Below, in pieces: positions 26,310-28,909 of a stretch of DNA of 28,909 nucleotides. Numbering within the stretch: the stretch's first letter is position 1; each line of letters starts with the position of its first letter. The translations under genes were made by a program, and so were the position numbers. Below the pieces are notes generated by a model, which saw only the letters and a program-made list of their open reading frames with translations, did not search any database and was not told the DNA's origin. Source of the stretch: a virus (lineage: Duplodnaviria; Heunggongvirae; Uroviricota; Caudoviricetes); the IMG/VR virus record IMGVR_UViG_638341082_000005, positions 1-28,909 of that record, one strand, 5' to 3'.

Positions 26310-27407
26310 TCAAGAGGTCTTATTTCTGCTCTTTTGGAGCTCTTCAAAACGATTATGTAAAGATTTCGGATACAGTTCGGTATATACCTGCCATAGCACG
26401 TTTAATGAACGATGCCCTGTAACTTGGGCGACTTCCTCAATACTAAAACCAGCCTCAAATAAGCGACTTGCCCCTTCTCTACGCAAATCATGGTATCGCA
26501 GATCTTTAATACCTAATTTGCTTCTTACCCTCTGAAATCCCGCAGTAACAGAAGTGCTGTTATATGGAAAAATGAATTCCGATTTTTGGGGCTGTCGTTG
26601 GACGATATCCCAGGCTTCCCCAAGCAAGGCTACTTTCATGTGGTTGCCTTCCTTTTTGCGTGGATCTTTCCTGTCTCTTACGAGTATAGATTTTTGTTCC
26701 TGGTCGAGATCTTCCCATCGTAACCGGCATACTTCTCCGATTCGCATACAGGACCACACAGAAAATTTGAGGATATCAACGAACGGAATTTTTGAGCATT
26801 TATGTGTAGATCGTTGTTGAAGACCTTCAATGAGCATGTCCAGTTCATCAGATGCCGGTCTACGATTACGACGGTTTGATTTACCAATCAAACCAAGTTT
26901 AAGTAGATATGGACGAGCACTTTTCGCCGGGTTTGATGTGTAATTAATTCCGTATACAGGTTTGGCCGCATCCAGAACACTGCCAAGATAACTAACATCG
27001 TGGCTGACTGTTGCTGGACCTGCACCAGCGTTGTTTCTTAGCCTACAATGTTCAATTACGTCATTTTCTGTCAGTTCGGATAGTTTGATCGCGGAGATGT
27101 CACTATCCATAAGCAGTTCCAGCACATATCTTTTAGTACGACCTGCTTTACCTCCGGCATTTGGGTCATTTAAATATTTGTGTAGTAAGTCACGGACTGT
27201 AAGTCCGTCAACTGCATTTGATGATGGAATGCCATATAGATCTAATTCCATCACTTTCTGTGTACCCCATGTTTTGGCATGGGCATGTTTAGGGAATGTT
27301 TTGCTTTCCCTGTAAGTGATAACACCTTTTTCTTTGATAATCACATTACAGCGATAGCGTGGTGTGCCATCGGATTTTAGTCGTTTCTCTATGTTATAGT
27401 ACGCCAT
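26310..27407 (-). CDS. int: tyrosine site-specific integrase, dusA-associated
   Basis: 365 aa with tyrosine-recombinase C-terminal catalytic region (RIGEVCRLRWEDLD, HDLRREGASRLFEAG, Tyr near the C-terminus); adjacent to and divergent from dusA. Confidence 0.9.
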   Translation of the reverse strand: MAYYNIEKRLKSDGTPRYRCNVIIKEKGVITYRESKTFPKHAHAKTWGTQKVMELDLYGIPSSNAVDGLTVRDLLHKYLNDPNAGGKAGRTKRYVLELLMDSDISAIKLSELTENDVIEHCRLRNNAGAGPATVSHDVSYLGSVLDAAKPVYGINYTSNPAKSARPYLLKLGLIGKSNRRNRRPASDELDMLIEGLQQRSTHKCSKIPFVDILKFSVWSCMRIGEVCRLRWEDLDQEQKSILVRDRKDPRKKEGNHMKVALLGEAWDIVQRQPQKSEFIFPYNSTSVTAGFQRVRSKLGIKDLRYHDLRREGASRLFEAGFSIEEVAQVTGHRSLNVLWQVYTELYPKSLHNRFEELQKSRNKTS

Positions 27408-27495
27408 TACACGACCTCGTTATTTCGGGTTCCCATAAATCGTGGGAACCTGTGCGGGAACCTAACGCGAGAAAAATAGCCTGAAATGTTCAAAA
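27408..27495. promoter_or_regulatory. int-dusA intergenic region: likely int promoter and prophage/host junction, with short inverted and direct repeats
   Basis: GGGTTCCCA (27427-27435) inverted with TGGGAACC (27443-27450); GGGAACC repeated directly at 27456-27462; exact att core cannot be fixed from one junction. Confidence 0.4.
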
Positions 27496-28533
27496 ATGCA
27501 CGATAATCCTGAAACACAGAAAACTAATCAAACCAGCGCGATGCCTGAGAAAACTGGCGCTTACGGGAGTTCTCGGTTTAGCATTGCTCCTATGCTCGAC
27601 TGGACGGACAGACATTGCCGCTATTTCTTGCGTCTGCTTTCCCGCAATACGTTGCTGTATACCGAAATGGTGACCACAGGGGCGATTATTCACGGTAAAG
27701 GTGATTACCTGGCGTACAGTGAAGAAGAACATCCGGTAGCGTTGCAACTCGGCGGTAGCGATCCGGCGGCGCTGGCACAGTGTGCGAAGCTGGCAGAAGC
27801 GCGTGGATATGATGAGATCAACCTGAATGTCGGCTGCCCGTCTGACCGGGTGCAGAACGGCATGTTTGGTGCGTGTCTGATGGGTAATGCGCAGCTGGTT
27901 GCCGACTGCGTGAAAGCGATGCGCGATGTGGTGTCGATTCCGGTGACGGTGAAAACGCGTATTGGCATCGACGACCAGGACAGCTATGAATTTCTCTGCG
28001 ATTTCATCAACACCGTTTCCGGCAAAGGCGAGTGTGAGATGTTCATCATCCATGCACGTAAAGCCTGGCTTTCGGGGTTAAGTCCGAAAGAAAACCGTGA
28101 GATCCCGCCGCTCGATTATCCGCGTGTGTATCAACTGAAGCGTGACTTTCCGCATCTGACAATGTCGATTAACGGTGGTATCAAGTCGCTGGAAGAGGCC
28201 AAAGCACACCTGCAACATATGGATGGCGTGATGGTCGGGCGCGAGGCGTATCAGAATCCGGGTATTCTGGCGGCGGTAGACCGGGAGATCTTTGGTTCCT
28301 CGGATATCGATGCCGATCCGGTGGCGGTAGTGCGCGCCATGTATCCGTACATTGAGCGTGAACTCAGCCAGGGGACGTATCTCGGTCATATTACCCGGCA
28401 TATGTTGGGCTTGTTCCAGGGTATTCCTGGCGCGCGGCAGTGGCGGCGTTATTTAAGTGAAAATGCCCATAAAGCGGGTGCAGACATTAATGTGCTGGAA
28501 CACGCGCTCAAACTGGTGGCGGATAAGCGTTAA
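27496..28533 (+). CDS. dusA: tRNA-dihydrouridine(20/20a) synthase DusA
   Basis: 345-aa translation with the Dus fold ([17 protein letters not shown]..., NLNVGCP..., catalytic region) matching E. coli DusA; N-terminal ~35 residues look variant. Confidence 0.9.
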   Translation: MHDNPETQKTNQTSAMPEKTGAYGSSRFSIAPMLDWTDRHCRYFLRLLSRNTLLYTEMVTTGAIIHGKGDYLAYSEEEHPVALQLGGSDPAALAQCAKLAEARGYDEINLNVGCPSDRVQNGMFGACLMGNAQLVADCVKAMRDVVSIPVTVKTRIGIDDQDSYEFLCDFINTVSGKGECEMFIIHARKAWLSGLSPKENREIPPLDYPRVYQLKRDFPHLTMSINGGIKSLEEAKAHLQHMDGVMVGREAYQNPGILAAVDREIFGSSDIDADPVAVVRAMYPYIERELSQGTYLGHITRHMLGLFQGIPGARQWRRYLSENAHKAGADINVLEHALKLVADKR

Positions 28534-28562
28534 CTTTTCACCAAAAAATAGTCAAATTCACC

Positions 28563-28595
28563 ACGCCCTGCGCACCGTCGCGGGGCGTTTTGCTG
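28563..28595 (+). terminator. possible terminator after dusA
   Basis: GC-rich inverted repeat CGCCC...GGGCG followed by TTTTG; stem is imperfect. Confidence 0.3.
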
Positions 28596-28615
28596 TTAAA
28601 TCAATAGATTATTTT

Positions 28616-28631
28616 TGGCATGATTCTTGTA
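28616..28631 (+). promoter_or_regulatory. putative sigma-54 promoter of pspG
   Basis: TGGCATGATTCTTGTA fits -24 GG / -12 (TTGC-like, here TTGT) spacing, about 35 nt upstream of the pspG ATG; pspG is known to be sigma-54/PspF dependent in E. coli. Confidence 0.45.
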
Positions 28632-28666
28632 ATGCCAGCAAGAGATTTCATATTTGGGAGTGCATC

Positions 28667-28909
28667 ATGCTGGAACTACTTTTTGTGATTGGCTTTTTTG
28701 TCATGCTGATGGTCACCGGCGTTTCGTTGCTGGGCATTATCGCCGCGCTGGTTGTGGCGACGGCCATTATGTTCCTCGGCGGTATGCTGGCATTGATGAT
28801 TAAGTTGCTGCCGTGGTTACTACTGGCGATTGCGGTGGTGTGGGTTATTAAGGCGATTAAAGCACCAAAAGTGCCGAAATATCAGCGTTATGACCGCTGG
28901 CGTTACTAA
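28667..28909 (+). CDS. pspG: phage shock protein G (small inner-membrane protein)
   Basis: 80-aa hydrophobic protein MLELLFVIGFFVMLMVTGVSLLGII...KYQRYDRWRY matching E. coli PspG; GGGAG RBS; the longer ORF-track start at 28457 overlaps dusA and is not used. Confidence 0.85.
   Translation: MLELLFVIGFFVMLMVTGVSLLGIIAALVVATAIMFLGGMLALMIKLLPWLLLAIAVVWVIKAIKAPKVPKYQRYDRWRY

Noticed and set aside
27408-27495. tRNA gene as the integration target next to the integrase
   Set aside because: No cloverleaf or T-loop (GTTCGAATC-like) motif is present; the adjacent gene is dusA, a known alternative integration target
28457-28666. Long (150-aa) version of pspG starting at 28457
   Set aside because: It overlaps the 3' end of dusA and the putative sigma-54 promoter; the 80-aa protein from ATG 28667 with a GGGAG RBS matches PspG

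Overview
This window is the right-hand ~27.5 kb of a lambda-like (lambdoid) prophage inserted at the 5' end of dusA, followed by host dusA and pspG; the host context looks like Escherichia coli or a close relative. All protein identifications are by reading the translations against remembered family sequences, not by database search. On the minus strand sits an early-left operon (YfdP/YfdQ/HD-phosphohydrolase/DUF551/exonuclease/PrtN-like). The immunity region has a CI-type repressor, a Cro-like and a CII-like gene, then a replication/nin-like block (Rha, HTH replication protein with internal iterons, PerC-like, phage Dam methylase, LexA-DBD-like, RusA). The prophage looks defective: RusA is followed directly by a KilA-N domain fused in frame to the C-terminus of lambda Z, so Q, lysis, terminase and head genes are absent. 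The tail module U-V-G/T-H-M-L-K-I is near-identical to lambda, but J carries a ~1.5 kb internal deletion with a frame change. Downstream are lom, a side tail fibre with a lambda-type N-terminus and a different C-terminus, three small accessory ORFs, a DinI homologue behind two LexA boxes, and a tyrosine integrase next to dusA. The far left holds a two-gene cassette whose second gene resembles a YafO-family toxin. The most interesting unexplained signals are that cassette, the ~600 nt ORF-free hairpin-rich leader downstream of the putative pL, the ambiguous 7271-7875 segment, and the accessory trio between stf and dinI.
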